Shown here: piece after piece, positions 16,163 to 25,908 of the stretch
How positions within the stretch are numbered: position 1 is the first letter of the stretch
Layout: every line of letters starts with the position of its first letter
NCBI GenBank assembly: GCA_934140355.1
Contig: CAKPBH010000002.1
Span: forward strand, 1-61,236
Source of the DNA: an uncultured Bacilli bacterium
GTDB lineage: Bacteria; Bacillota_I; Bacilli_A; RF39; UBA660
Length of the DNA stretch: 61,236 nt
Direction of reading: 5' to 3'
The notes under the pieces: generated by a model
What the model was told of the DNA's origin: nothing
What the model saw: only the letters and a program-made list of their open reading frames with translations
Database searches by the model: none
Program-made: the position numbers and the translations under genes

Positions 16163-17059
16163 TTAATTGTTAGAATTAAAAGGATTTTGATTCCCAATAT
16201 CATTATATTGTGCTCCTTGATTCATCACCAGTTGAACTGGTTGTTGTACATTTAATGGTTCTTGATTCATCATAGGTTGAACTGATTGTTGTGCATTTAA
16301 CGGCTGTTGATTCATCATGGGTTGAACTGGTTGTTGTGCATTTAATGGTTCTTGAGCCATCATTGGTTGAACTGGTTGCTGTACATTTAATGGTTCTTGA
16401 TTCATCATGGGTTGAACCGGTTGTTGTGCATTTAACGGCTGTTGATTCATCATAGATTGAACTGGTTGTTGTGCATTTAATGGTTCTTGAGCCATCATTG
16501 GTTGAACTGGTTGTTGTGCATTTAATGGTTCTTGATTCATCATAGGTTGAACTGGTTGTTGTGCATTTAACGGCTGTTGATTCATCATGGGTTGAACTGG
16601 TTGTTGTGCATTTAACGGCTGTTGATTCATCATGGGTTGAACCGGTTGTTGTGCAGGTTCTGGTTGTGAATGATTATTTTTTTCGTTTTTTAACTTGTTG
16701 TATTTTATAATTCCATAAATAAATAATACAAAAACACTTAAACCATAAATGATTGAAACAATCGAACTTATACCTTCTGGTAATAGCGTGTGTTCTGTTT
16801 CGACACCATTAATCGTTGTTGTAGATTTTCCGGTTAAAAGTACACAAGCCACAAGTATCCATCCAACCAACTTATTAACGGTTAATTTTCCTAATAAATA
16901 GACGTTAGAAAACGGAAGCCAAGCTAAAATAGTCCCCTTTCCGTAAACTAACTTGTTAAATTTACTTAAAAATAATGACGTTGCAATATAAACAGCGAAA
17001 ATCACAATAAGTATAACAACTAAAACACCTACTAATGCTCCTCCAAAAACATTTTCCAT
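16163..17059 (-). CDS. Membrane protein with C-terminal Gln/Pro-rich 15-aa tandem repeats
   Basis: About 4 TM helices in the first 125 aa, then about 10 copies of PVQPMMNQ(Q/E)PLNAQQ. Confidence 0.7.
   Translation of the reverse strand: MENVFGGALVGVLVVILIVIFAVYIATSLFLSKFNKLVYGKGTILAWLPFSNVYLLGKLTVNKLVGWILVACVLLTGKSTTTINGVETEHTLLPEGISSIVSIIYGLSVFVLFIYGIIKYNKLKNEKNNHSQPEPAQQPVQPMMNQQPLNAQQPVQPMMNQQPLNAQQPVQPMMNQEPLNAQQPVQPMMAQEPLNAQQPVQSMMNQQPLNAQQPVQPMMNQEPLNVQQPVQPMMAQEPLNAQQPVQPMMNQQPLNAQQSVQPMMNQEPLNVQQPVQLVMNQGAQYNDIGNQNPFNSNN
16205..16666. repeat. 45-bp in-frame tandem repeat, about 10 copies
   Basis: Recurring unit ttgaactggttgttgtgcatttaa(c/t)gg(c/t)t(g/c)ttgattcatcat(g/a)gg with point variants. 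Encodes the 15-aa repeat. Confidence 0.9.
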
Positions 17060-17090
17060 ATTACTCCTCCTATTCTACATTTTTAATTTT

Positions 17091-17194
17091 ATCACAAAAA
17101 TATTGATAAGTATATATTTTATTACAAAAATATTGATAAGTATATATTTTATTACAAAAATATTGATAAGTATATATTTTATTACAAAAATATA
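17091..17194. repeat. 30-bp intergenic tandem repeat, about 3.5 copies
   Basis: at(c/t)acaaaaatattgataagtatatatttt repeated head to tail immediately upstream of the start codon at 17059. Confidence 0.95.
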
Positions 17195-17202
17195 ATTTAT
17201 AT

Positions 17203-17244
17203 AAAAAGCTGTAATGAAACAATTTATTCCATTACAGCTTTTTC
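17203..17244 (-). terminator. Rho-independent terminator after pyk (bidirectional hairpin)
   Basis: aaaaagctgtaatg-N13-cattacagcttttt: 10-bp perfect stem (17207-17216 / 17230-17239). Confidence 0.8.
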
Positions 17245-17267
17245 AATATTTTTTTAAAATACAATTT

Positions 17268-18674
17268 TTAGATTTCCTCTATTTTCATAAAGTTTGTAAT
17301 TTTATTTCCAGTATTAGGAAAACCACCAGTAATAATGATATATTCTCCCTTTTCTAACTTGAAGAATTCAGTTGCTTTTTCTTTTCCGTTATCTACTACC
17401 TCATCTGTTGAGTTATATTCCTTTACAAGAACTGGATATACTCCATAATTTAACGCAAGCTCATGAGCAGTTTTTTCGTTAGGTACAGTGGCTAAAATTG
17501 GAGCAACTGGTCTTAAGTTACTAATTTCTCTAGCTGTACGTCCTGACATTGTAGCAGCAACAATTACTTTTGCATCAATATCATTACTTGCTGTTACAAC
17601 ACTCTCAGCAATAGTTGAAGTAATATCTTTTTTGCTATTGTACGTATAAGTAGGATTAGCATATTTTTCAACTGCTTCACAAATTTCTGTCATTTTTTGT
17701 ACCGTTTCCACTGGATATTCACCCATAGTTGTTTCATCACTTGTCATAATAGCATCACAACCCTGTAATACAGCATTAGCAACATCTGTTACTTCAGCAT
17801 TAGTTGGACGAATACTATGTTTCATTGAAGTCATCATTTGTGTCGCCATAATTACACCTTTTCCTTGTAAATGACATTCATCAATCATCATTTGTTGATA
17901 CAACGGCAAGTTTTCAACACCAGTTTCAATTCCTAAATCACCACGAGCAATCATAATATAATCACTAGCAGACACGATTTCCTTTAAATTGTCAATGGCA
18001 TATTGCGTCTCTACCTTAGAAATAATCTTCATGTTAGGACGTCCAAATTGTGCGCAAAGTTTCCTTACTTCTTCAACATCATCAGCGCTATTTACAAAAG
18101 ATAAAGCTAAATAATCTCCATCATTATCACAAGCATATTGAATATCTCTTTTATCTTCATCCGAAATGAATGGAATATCTAATTTAATACCTGGAATACA
18201 TACACCACGACGTGATTTGATTGTACCACTATTGATAATTCGACATGTTACACCATCACTTTCTACTGATTCTACAACTAGCTTATAAAATCCATCATCT
18301 AAAAGAACACTCATTCCTACTTTTAAATCTTTAACAATATTTCTATAATTGAAAGATATCTTTTCTTGATTTCCCTTATCTTTAAGATCTTCTTCAACAA
18401 TTCTAATAGTATTTCCTTCTACTAACTCAATGTAGTCACCATCAAATGTACACGTTCTTAAATCTGGTCCTTTTGTATCATATAAAATAGCAATATGTTT
18501 TCCCAATTCTTTATTTGCTCTTTTCACTAAATCTTCATCTAATTTTCTTTCTTCAATACTAGCATGTGAAAAATTAATTCTAGCAACATTCATTCCTGCT
18601 TCTACAACACCCTTAAAATTTTCCCAACTTTGTGTAGATGGTCCGATGCTACTAATAATCTTTGTTTTCTTCAT
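17268..18674 (-). CDS. pyk: Pyruvate kinase
   Basis: MKKTKIISSIGPS, NVARINFSH, YDTKGPDLRT, MIARGDLGIE, ATQMMTSM. 468 aa. Confidence 0.95.
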   Translation of the reverse strand: MKKTKIISSIGPSTQSWENFKGVVEAGMNVARINFSHASIEERKLDEDLVKRANKELGKHIAILYDTKGPDLRTCTFDGDYIELVEGNTIRIVEEDLKDKGNQEKISFNYRNIVKDLKVGMSVLLDDGFYKLVVESVESDGVTCRIINSGTIKSRRGVCIPGIKLDIPFISDEDKRDIQYACDNDGDYLALSFVNSADDVEEVRKLCAQFGRPNMKIISKVETQYAIDNLKEIVSASDYIMIARGDLGIETGVENLPLYQQMMIDECHLQGKGVIMATQMMTSMKHSIRPTNAEVTDVANAVLQGCDAIMTSDETTMGEYPVETVQKMTEICEAVEKYANPTYTYNSKKDITSTIAESVVTASNDIDAKVIVAATMSGRTAREISNLRPVAPILATVPNEKTAHELALNYGVYPVLVKEYNSTDEVVDNGKEKATEFFKLEKGEYIIITGGFPNTGNKITNFMKIEEI

Positions 18675-18708
18675 TTTACTTCACTCCTTCTTTAAAAATT
18701 CATTACTA

Positions 18709-18738
18709 AGTATACTATAAATAATGATAATATGTCAA
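18709..18738 (-). promoter_or_regulatory. Putative sigma-A promoter of pyk
   Basis: Minus strand TTGACA (18733-18738), 18-nt spacer, TATACT (18709-18714), about 35 nt upstream of the RBS GAAGGAG. Confidence 0.45.
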
Positions 18739-19122
18739 TGTTTATATAATAATCATCTCAAAATTTTGTTACAGTTCAGCCAAGGAAATGAATTTTGTAG
18801 ATAAATCCTTATAAAAAAAGTAAATTTGATGTTTTAGAAATATATCCATTAATTGAAAATATAAATTTTTTAACTATTTTTCGAGTTTTTTGATACTTTT
18901 TGAACTGGTTTTTTTCGAAAATAACATTTATTCCTTATTTTATCTAACTAAACTGTAATAAAATTTTAACTATAGTTTAGTCGAAAGAGGATAAAATACC
19001 TACGTACAATATTGAAAAAGTCATTAACAGATAAAACTAATCCTAAATTGAAGTAAGATGATATTCAATTTTTTCAAATTCCAAATTCCCCTAAAACTTT
19101 CTCACTTCTTTCAAAACATAAT

Positions 19123-19161
19123 AAAAAACCACCTCTAAAATAAATCCAAAATTTAGAAGTG
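19123..19161 (-). terminator. Rho-independent terminator after the BI-1 family gene
   Basis: Minus strand cacttctaaa-N12-tttagaggtg (one G.U pair), followed by gttttttatt. Confidence 0.55.
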
Positions 19162-19212
19162 ATTTTTGATGAACTTCAAATTGAAAATACTTTTTTTAAA
19201 TTTGAAAGAGAA

Positions 19213-19848
19213 TTAATTTTTATCTTTTCCAAATAATTGAAGTAGTCTTAAAAAGATATTGATAAAATCCAAATATAAATCAAAAGCTCCATAAATAGCC
19301 AACTGTTCACTGTCATAGCCTCTTTTGATAATTTTTTGAACATCATATGCAACATAAATAGTAAATATTGCTAAAACCAAAATACATAGAATAATATTTA
19401 AAGTATTATTCATCAAGAAAATATTGATTATCTCTAAAATAAGTGATGCAAATAGTGCAATAATCAAGTATAATCCATAATTGGATAAATCAAACTTATC
19501 ACTTTTTCCTAACATAGCAAATAGAAAAAAAGTAAGAGCACTTGCTAAAAAAATCCAAATAATGCTAGTAATTTCATAGACAACAAAAATACTCGAAAAC
19601 GTTAAACCAGTTAAAGCACTATATCCTAAATATAAAACCCTCGCTGTAGATTCGGACATTTTATGAATTCTAGCACCAAGATAGATTGCAATAATAAATT
19701 CTAAAAGTACAATAACTAAATAAGTAGAACCACTAAAAATAAAATTTAAAGCACTGATATTTGTACTAATTAAATAAGCGGTTAGAAAGGTTACAAAAAG
19801 CCCCAATCCAAACCATTTAAAAACTTTTGAGAGAAATTGATTTTCCAT
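19213..19848 (-). CDS. Bax inhibitor-1/YccA family membrane protein
   Basis: 7-TM profile. C-terminal AFDLYLDFINIFLRLLQLFG is typical of the family. Confidence 0.8.
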   Translation of the reverse strand: MENQFLSKVFKWFGLGLFVTFLTAYLISTNISALNFIFSGSTYLVIVLLEFIIAIYLGARIHKMSESTARVLYLGYSALTGLTFSSIFVVYEITSIIWIFLASALTFFLFAMLGKSDKFDLSNYGLYLIIALFASLILEIINIFLMNNTLNIILCILVLAIFTIYVAYDVQKIIKRGYDSEQLAIYGAFDLYLDFINIFLRLLQLFGKDKN

Positions 19849-19881
19849 AAATATTCCTTCTTTCTTGATTTTTATTTTAAA

Positions 19882-20742
19882 TTATTCATAACTACTAGTA
19901 ATTCCATAATATTCTTCTAGCGATAAATATTCCCCTTTATTGTATAACTTTGTAGCTAAATCTTCTCCAACATAACGAAGGTGCCATGACTCATATTGAT
20001 ACCCTGTATATTTTTCCTTTCCCTTTGGAAAACGAATTGTAAATCCATAGCGATAAGCATTTTCATGAACCCATTTTCCTTCATCAGTATCAGCGAAAGT
20101 ATCATCAATACTGTTCAAATCAAAACACAATCCTGTCTGATGTTCAGAATATCCAGGTCTAGATGAATAAGTATCAGCACCTATCACTCCACTAGTAGCA
20201 ACATAATTATTATATAAATTCACCTGATACTTATATGAACGATAACCACTAGCAATATAAATATTTAATCCCAAAGCACTCGCATCGCTTTGCATTAATT
20301 TAAACTTCTCATAAGCTGTTTTATCAATACAATTATTGCATCGCTCACTAGTAATTTTTTGATAAGGATTTTCTGGTTGATAGTCCTCAGGTAGCTTATA
20401 AGTCTTATTAGCAATTACATGATTTTCAATCGTAGCAATTCTTCCCTTTATTGTTAGAGTATATCCCTTTTCAGTAAGATATTCTCCATCAGCAAGATTT
20501 TCAAATTCTATCGCATTCTTGGGAGCAGGTTCTAATTTTTTAGAAGTACTAGTAGCATTTTCTTTATTAATATTTTCCTCCTCTTCACTTCTCTTTCCTG
20601 CTAAATCATTACCAGATTGTCGGTTTGTTAATTTTGTTTTTTTCATTATTCCTATTCCTCCTAATATAAGAATAAGTACAAAAACCGAAATTAGAATAAA
20701 AATACATCTATCCTTTTTTAATTTTTTCTTTTTCTTTTTCAC
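19882..20742 (-). CDS. VanY-type D-alanyl-D-alanine carboxypeptidase (peptidase M15B), membrane-anchored
   Basis: SGYRSYKYQ, SEHQTGLCFD, ESWHLRY motifs. N-terminal TM helix. Confidence 0.85.
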   Translation of the reverse strand: MKKKKKKLKKDRCIFILISVFVLILILGGIGIMKKTKLTNRQSGNDLAGKRSEEEENINKENATSTSKKLEPAPKNAIEFENLADGEYLTEKGYTLTIKGRIATIENHVIANKTYKLPEDYQPENPYQKITSERCNNCIDKTAYEKFKLMQSDASALGLNIYIASGYRSYKYQVNLYNNYVATSGVIGADTYSSRPGYSEHQTGLCFDLNSIDDTFADTDEGKWVHENAYRYGFTIRFPKGKEKYTGYQYESWHLRYVGEDLATKLYNKGEYLSLEEYYGITSSYE

Positions 20743-20772
20743 AAGTATCCTTCTTTCAATAGTATTTTCTAT

Positions 20773-22281
20773 TTATTCTTGTACTAAAAGATTGTTTCCT
20801 GTCATCTCTGGTGGCACTACTTGATCCATTAAATTTAAAATAGTAATTGCAATATCTCCTAATTTTCCCTTTTTCAAACGAACATTCTTATCTAAAACAA
20901 TAAAGGGAACAACATTAGTTGTATGTTGAGTGTTAACGCTTCCATCTTGATTTATCATAACTTCACAATTTCCATGATCAGCAGTAATAATCACCTCATA
21001 TTCTTTCAAATTAATATGGTTAATGATTTTCTTCAAACAACTATCCAATGTTTCTACCGCCCTAATCGCAGCATCATAATTTCCAGTATGTCCTACCATA
21101 TCACCATTGGCAAAATTTAGAATAATTAAATCTGGGTGATTTTCCCTAACTTCTTTAATTAAAGAATCCGTAATCTCATAAGCGCTCATCTCTGGCTTTA
21201 AATCATAAGTAGCGACCTTTGGAGAAGGAATTAATATTCGCTTTTCACCTTCTAATTGTTTTTCTACTCCCCCATCAAAGAAATAAGTAACGTGTGCATA
21301 TTTTTCTGTTTCAGCAATACGAAGTTGCGTAAGTCCTAGCTTACTTACATGTTCTCCCAGTGTAGATACTAAATCATCCAAATGGTAAAGAGGTGTTGAA
21401 ATGACTTCATCAGAAACTGGCATAAGTGTTGCTAGCTTAAGATTAGTTAATTCTTTTTTGGTAAAAGGATTAATCTTATCATTAGTAAGAAGACTAGCTA
21501 ATTCTCTAACACGATCTGGTCTAAAATTAGCAAAAACAATTCCATCATTTTCATCAATTAATCCCTCAGTTAAAATTGTTGCAGGTTTAATAAATTCATC
21601 CGTAATATTTTGCATTTGATTTTCTTCCCAAGCCTCCCTAGCCGTTGCATAGTTTTTTGATGATCCTACAGTCATTGCATCATAAGCCAATTTTACTCGA
21701 TCATAATTATTATCTCTATCCATAGCATAATACCTACCACTAATACTAGCAATTTTCCCAATACCAATTTCTTGGATTTTTTCTTCTAAAGCCCGAATGT
21801 ATTTCTCTCCTGAATAAGGACTAGTATCTCTACCGTCAGTAAATATATGAAAATATACATCCTCCACCCCAGCTTCTTTAGCAGCATCTAAAATAGCATA
21901 AAAATGATTAATATGAGAGTGAATTCCTCCATCACTCAACAATCCCATAATATGCAACTTACTACCATTTTCTTTTACGTGATGAAAAATACTTTGAAGT
22001 ACTTTATTCTCATGAAAAGAATTTTCCTTAATTTTAGCATTAATTAATCCTAATGGTTGATAAACAATTCTACCAGCCCCAATATTCATATGCCCTACTT
22101 CACTATTTCCCATTTGACCTGCAGGCAATCCTACAAATTCACCACTTGCCTCCAAAGTAGTATTTGGATATTCCTTCATTAATCTTTCAATAGTAGGTTT
22201 TTTTGCGTGATAAAAGGCATTCCCATGCTCCTCCTTACTTAACCCTACTCCATCTAAAATACATAATAATACTTTCTTCAT
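20773..22281 (-). CDS. gpmI: 2,3-bisphosphoglycerate-independent phosphoglycerate mutase
   Basis: LCILDGVG, GNSEVGHMNIGAGR, SDGGIHSH, FTDGRD, ITADHGN. 502 aa. Confidence 0.95.
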   Translation of the reverse strand: MKKVLLCILDGVGLSKEEHGNAFYHAKKPTIERLMKEYPNTTLEASGEFVGLPAGQMGNSEVGHMNIGAGRIVYQPLGLINAKIKENSFHENKVLQSIFHHVKENGSKLHIMGLLSDGGIHSHINHFYAILDAAKEAGVEDVYFHIFTDGRDTSPYSGEKYIRALEEKIQEIGIGKIASISGRYYAMDRDNNYDRVKLAYDAMTVGSSKNYATAREAWEENQMQNITDEFIKPATILTEGLIDENDGIVFANFRPDRVRELASLLTNDKINPFTKKELTNLKLATLMPVSDEVISTPLYHLDDLVSTLGEHVSKLGLTQLRIAETEKYAHVTYFFDGGVEKQLEGEKRILIPSPKVATYDLKPEMSAYEITDSLIKEVRENHPDLIILNFANGDMVGHTGNYDAAIRAVETLDSCLKKIINHINLKEYEVIITADHGNCEVMINQDGSVNTQHTTNVVPFIVLDKNVRLKKGKLGDIAITILNLMDQVVPPEMTGNNLLVQE

Positions 22282-22296
22282 CTTTATTCCTTCTTT

Positions 22297-23031
22297 CTAA
22301 TTTTGTGGTATTGCTTGCCATTTTTGAGCCAAAACAAAAAAATGACCATCAACACCCATACTTTCACCACTTGTAGAATCTATTTGATAAATTATCTCTC
22401 CACATTCCATATCTCCTGTAACATCTCCTAAATTTACATTATTACAAGTATATGGACATTTACTAAAATCGGAACATATCCCAGATTTTGACGTTTGACA
22501 ACCAGATAAAGAGAATTTCCCAGTGGATTCATTAAAAGAATACGACTGACAGATTCCTACCTTAATAGAAGAATCAGATTTAGTTCCAAGAGTAATTGTA
22601 TAATCCTTACTAGGAGATTGAGCTATAATATATTTAACTTCCGTTATTGGAGTAAAATTAGTTACACACTCACTCATATCAGTTGTATTTGCAAATGTAA
22701 AACTATTATTTTTTTTATTAAAAATAACCATACCTCCAAGCTCTTTATTTTCCTCTAAAGTATCAAGATTATCCACATTAATGTAGCACTCATCAGCATC
22801 TTTGCTCGTTAAAAAATTATAAATAGAATTTTTATGATCAGTCACATAAAGTTCTGCTGCTGTTTCCAGTATTTTTTCTTTCGTTTTATTTTGTTTTACC
22901 TTTGTTCTTTCTAATGATGAAGAAATACTTGGTATTGCTATTCCCATAATCGCTGTTAAAATCACTAATGCTGCTAATAGTTCAATTAAAGTAAACCCCT
23001 TTTTATTTAATTTTTTACTCACCTCTATCAC
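22297..23031 (-). CDS. Prepilin-type N-terminal cleavage/methylation domain protein (type IV pilin or pseudopilin-like), Cys-rich C-terminus
   Basis: KKGFTLIELLAALVILTAIMGIAIPS class III signal. 244 aa. Confidence 0.8.
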   Translation of the reverse strand: MIEVSKKLNKKGFTLIELLAALVILTAIMGIAIPSISSSLERTKVKQNKTKEKILETAAELYVTDHKNSIYNFLTSKDADECYINVDNLDTLEENKELGGMVIFNKKNNSFTFANTTDMSECVTNFTPITEVKYIIAQSPSKDYTITLGTKSDSSIKVGICQSYSFNESTGKFSLSGCQTSKSGICSDFSKCPYTCNNVNLGDVTGDMECGEIIYQIDSTSGESMGVDGHFFVLAQKWQAIPQN

Positions 23032-23218
23032 CTTACCTAATTTGTATTATAATTTATTTTAATAAAAAAAACAACTGTCTAAGAAAAAAAAGATAAATTT
23101 ACTTCTTCAAATAAAATTTGAAGAAAAAGATTAAAATTTTTAAAAAAATTATCTTGAATTTATCTTTAATAATTAAAATAAATATGTTATACTCAAATAA
23201 AAATAAGAAAGGTAGAAG

Positions 23219-25891
23219 TTGATAAAAATGAAGAAAAATAATAATCAAATAAATAAAAAAGGATTTACTTTAGTAGAATTACTGGCGACCGTTGCTATTT
23301 TATGTTTAATACTAGGAATTACTGGTAGTTATGTTATTCAGACAATGAAACACTCTGATGAAACAGCAACCGTCCTTACAAAAAATAGTATTAAAAAAAT
23401 GGCCAACACCTATATTGAAGAATATCCCGAGGATGTTGTTTGGAATGACATCTCTGGTGATACAAGTAAATATACTTGTATTTCCACCCAAAGCTTAATA
23501 AATAAAGGATATATTTCTTCTAAGGATAGCAAAATAGACACTAATAAGTACGTTTTAGCAATTAAAGATGCCAATCAAACCATCACTACTAGTGATTCAG
23601 ATAACAAAAATTGGTGTAACTCCACAATTAATAATACCAATAAAATTGCAATTCCAACCGCTAAAAATTACTGTAGCAATAATACATATACTGGTGATAA
23701 TGTTGCCTTAGTCAATGAGGTTTCAGATGCTGGATTTACTATCTCCCCTACTATAGCAACAAAAGCAGGAAATTATCAAATTGTTTTTAATCTTAAAGAT
23801 GGATATGTTTGGCAAGATGACACTAGAGACGAAAAAAAAATAACTTGTTCCATCAAAAAAGCGACTCCTACTCTTCAAATTACAAGTAATTCAATGGGAG
23901 AAAGTGGAAAAAATTTAGAGGATACAACAATTACTATTCGATCTGACGTTGAAGGCACCATAGCTCTGAAAACATCCAATAAAGATGTTGCTAGTGCAAG
24001 TATTTCTGATTCTAACGAAAAAATTTTTGCTAATACAGATAAAAGTATTACCATCCAAAAATTTTCTAGTAAAAAATCAGCAACTTATATTACAATAACA
24101 TTAACCCCAACTGATACTAATTATAATAAAACATCTGTAGTTTATACAATTGCAAATGTAAGCAAAAAAACAATTGATGTTCCAAAATGTAATGTTCTGT
24201 ATTTTAACAATCAACAACAACTTTTAATTAAGGAAGACTCTACATATTATTTATACAATCATAAACAAAGAAATGTTGGCGAATATGAGGTAACGATTCA
24301 AGCAAAATATGGATATCAATTTAAAGATAGTACAACAAGAACAACACAAACTTGTGAAATAAAAGCACCAATTGTATTAGCAACTTATACCAATGCTACT
24401 TGTTCAAAAAAGCAAAAAAAAGTAAAATATTTAGAAACATACAATAAAACGTATTCCAAGCAAGATGAATATAAAGAAGAAAATCTTTGTTCTCCTACCA
24501 AGACTGGATATACATTTAATAAATGGACCACTACTGATGGTTCAACAATCAATAACAATTCAAAAGTTAATAAGTGGACTGATCACAATCTTGTAGCTAA
24601 CTGGACAGCAAATACATATAGTGTGACATTAGATTTAAATGGTGGAAAAAATGAGAACAATACTTTAACAAACTACACCTTTACAGCAACTTATGACAAA
24701 CCGTTTAGCGTTGTTGGTTATAAGCCAACAAAAATGGGATATGCATTTAAAGGATGGTACACTGCAAGAGATGGTGGAAGTAAAATCGAATCTGGTACTT
24801 GGAATTATACTAGTGATCAAATTTTTTACGCTCACTGGACAGCAAATAAATATAAAGTGACATTAGATTTAAATGGCGGTAAAAGTTTAACCCCAGCAAC
24901 TAACCCACTAGAAGCAACTTATGACGAAGATTTTAGCGTTGATGGTTATAAGCCAACAAGAGAAGGATATACATTTGACGGGTGGTACACTGCAAGGGAT
25001 GGCGGAAGTCAAGTCAAAGGGACTTGGAAATGGACAGATGATAGCTCTAAAACTTTTTATGCTCACTGGACAATAAATAAATATACAGTATCAATTAATG
25101 TAAATAACCCAAGCCTTGGAACTGTTAGTCCAACCGCTATAAATAATGTTCCTTATGGAACAAAATATTGGGTAAATGGAAGTACTCTATCTTTCTCTAA
25201 TGGTACCAACATTACCGCTTCCAACCTAACAAAAGATTATTATAAGACGGCTTTTAGTTCATGGTCATCAACAAGTGGAGAGATTAAAGGTAATACCACT
25301 ATAACAGCAAATTTTACAGAAACTGCATATAAATGTACTGTTACTTTCGCTCCTAATGGCGGCACATTCAATGATCGTTCATCAGAAGATGATAGGACAA
25401 AAGAGTTTGTTTATGGCGTTGAAACAACCAAAGGACTAAGAGGACCTGTTTCTTATCACAAGGCCAAAAGAGATGGTTATGAAGTTGTTGCTGGAGCGCA
25501 ATGGATTGATAGGTCTGGAAAAACTTTTACCACCGGAAATAAATATTCAGCAGAACAACTATGTGAAAATTCTATAAACAGTTTAAAAACAGGTAATAGA
25601 AGAATAACCCTAAGAGTTAATTGGAAAGCAATTGATACAACAGCTACTTGTACAAATAAAACATCAAAGGGTAATGTATATCTTTGTGAAGGGGCTCCAT
25701 GTGGACTATCAGGAAATTTTCAAAGTAACATAATAGACACAATTTCTCCAGGAACAAAGTTATGTTTATATCTCGAGAAAGAGATAGGAGACTGTAGTTG
25801 TGATTTAGGATACACTAGTATAAGCGGAAAGATGGTTAGGACTACATATAAGGGGCTAACGGGATACACTTGCTCTGGATGTTACGGATAA
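23219..25891 (+). CDS. Giant pilin-like protein: prepilin signal fused to Listeria-Bacteroides (Flg_new) repeats and a Cys-rich C-terminus
   Basis: NKKGFTLVELLATVAIL. Three repeats of the type TK(T/M)GY(T/A)F.GWYTARDGGS...FYAHWT.NKY.V. TTG start at 23219 or ATG at 23228. Confidence 0.8.
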   Translation: MIKMKKNNNQINKKGFTLVELLATVAILCLILGITGSYVIQTMKHSDETATVLTKNSIKKMANTYIEEYPEDVVWNDISGDTSKYTCISTQSLINKGYISSKDSKIDTNKYVLAIKDANQTITTSDSDNKNWCNSTINNTNKIAIPTAKNYCSNNTYTGDNVALVNEVSDAGFTISPTIATKAGNYQIVFNLKDGYVWQDDTRDEKKITCSIKKATPTLQITSNSMGESGKNLEDTTITIRSDVEGTIALKTSNKDVASASISDSNEKIFANTDKSITIQKFSSKKSATYITITLTPTDTNYNKTSVVYTIANVSKKTIDVPKCNVLYFNNQQQLLIKEDSTYYLYNHKQRNVGEYEVTIQAKYGYQFKDSTTRTTQTCEIKAPIVLATYTNATCSKKQKKVKYLETYNKTYSKQDEYKEENLCSPTKTGYTFNKWTTTDGSTINNNSKVNKWTDHNLVANWTANTYSVTLDLNGGKNENNTLTNYTFTATYDKPFSVVGYKPTKMGYAFKGWYTARDGGSKIESGTWNYTSDQIFYAHWTANKYKVTLDLNGGKSLTPATNPLEATYDEDFSVDGYKPTREGYTFDGWYTARDGGSQVKGTWKWTDDSSKTFYAHWTINKYTVSINVNNPSLGTVSPTAINNVPYGTKYWVNGSTLSFSNGTNITASNLTKDYYKTAFSSWSSTSGEIKGNTTITANFTETAYKCTVTFAPNGGTFNDRSSEDDRTKEFVYGVETTKGLRGPVSYHKAKRDGYEVVAGAQWIDRSGKTFTTGNKYSAEQLCENSINSLKTGNRRITLRVNWKAIDTTATCTNKTSKGNVYLCEGAPCGLSGNFQSNIIDTISPGTKLCLYLEKEIGDCSCDLGYTSISGKMVRTTYKGLTGYTCSGCYG

Positions 25892-25908
25892 GATAAAAAG
25901 GAGGAATC

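Noticed and set aside
17091-17194. Possible CRISPR array, given the regularly repeated 30-bp units
   Set aside because: The units are directly adjacent with no unique spacers. There are only about 3.5 copies and no cas genes. It is a plain tandem repeat.
23832-23840. A9 homopolymer inside the giant pilin gene as a slipped-strand phase-variation switch
   Set aside because: Runs of 8-9 A or T are frequent throughout this AT-rich window, including housekeeping genes and intergenic DNA. There is no specific evidence for phase variation here.
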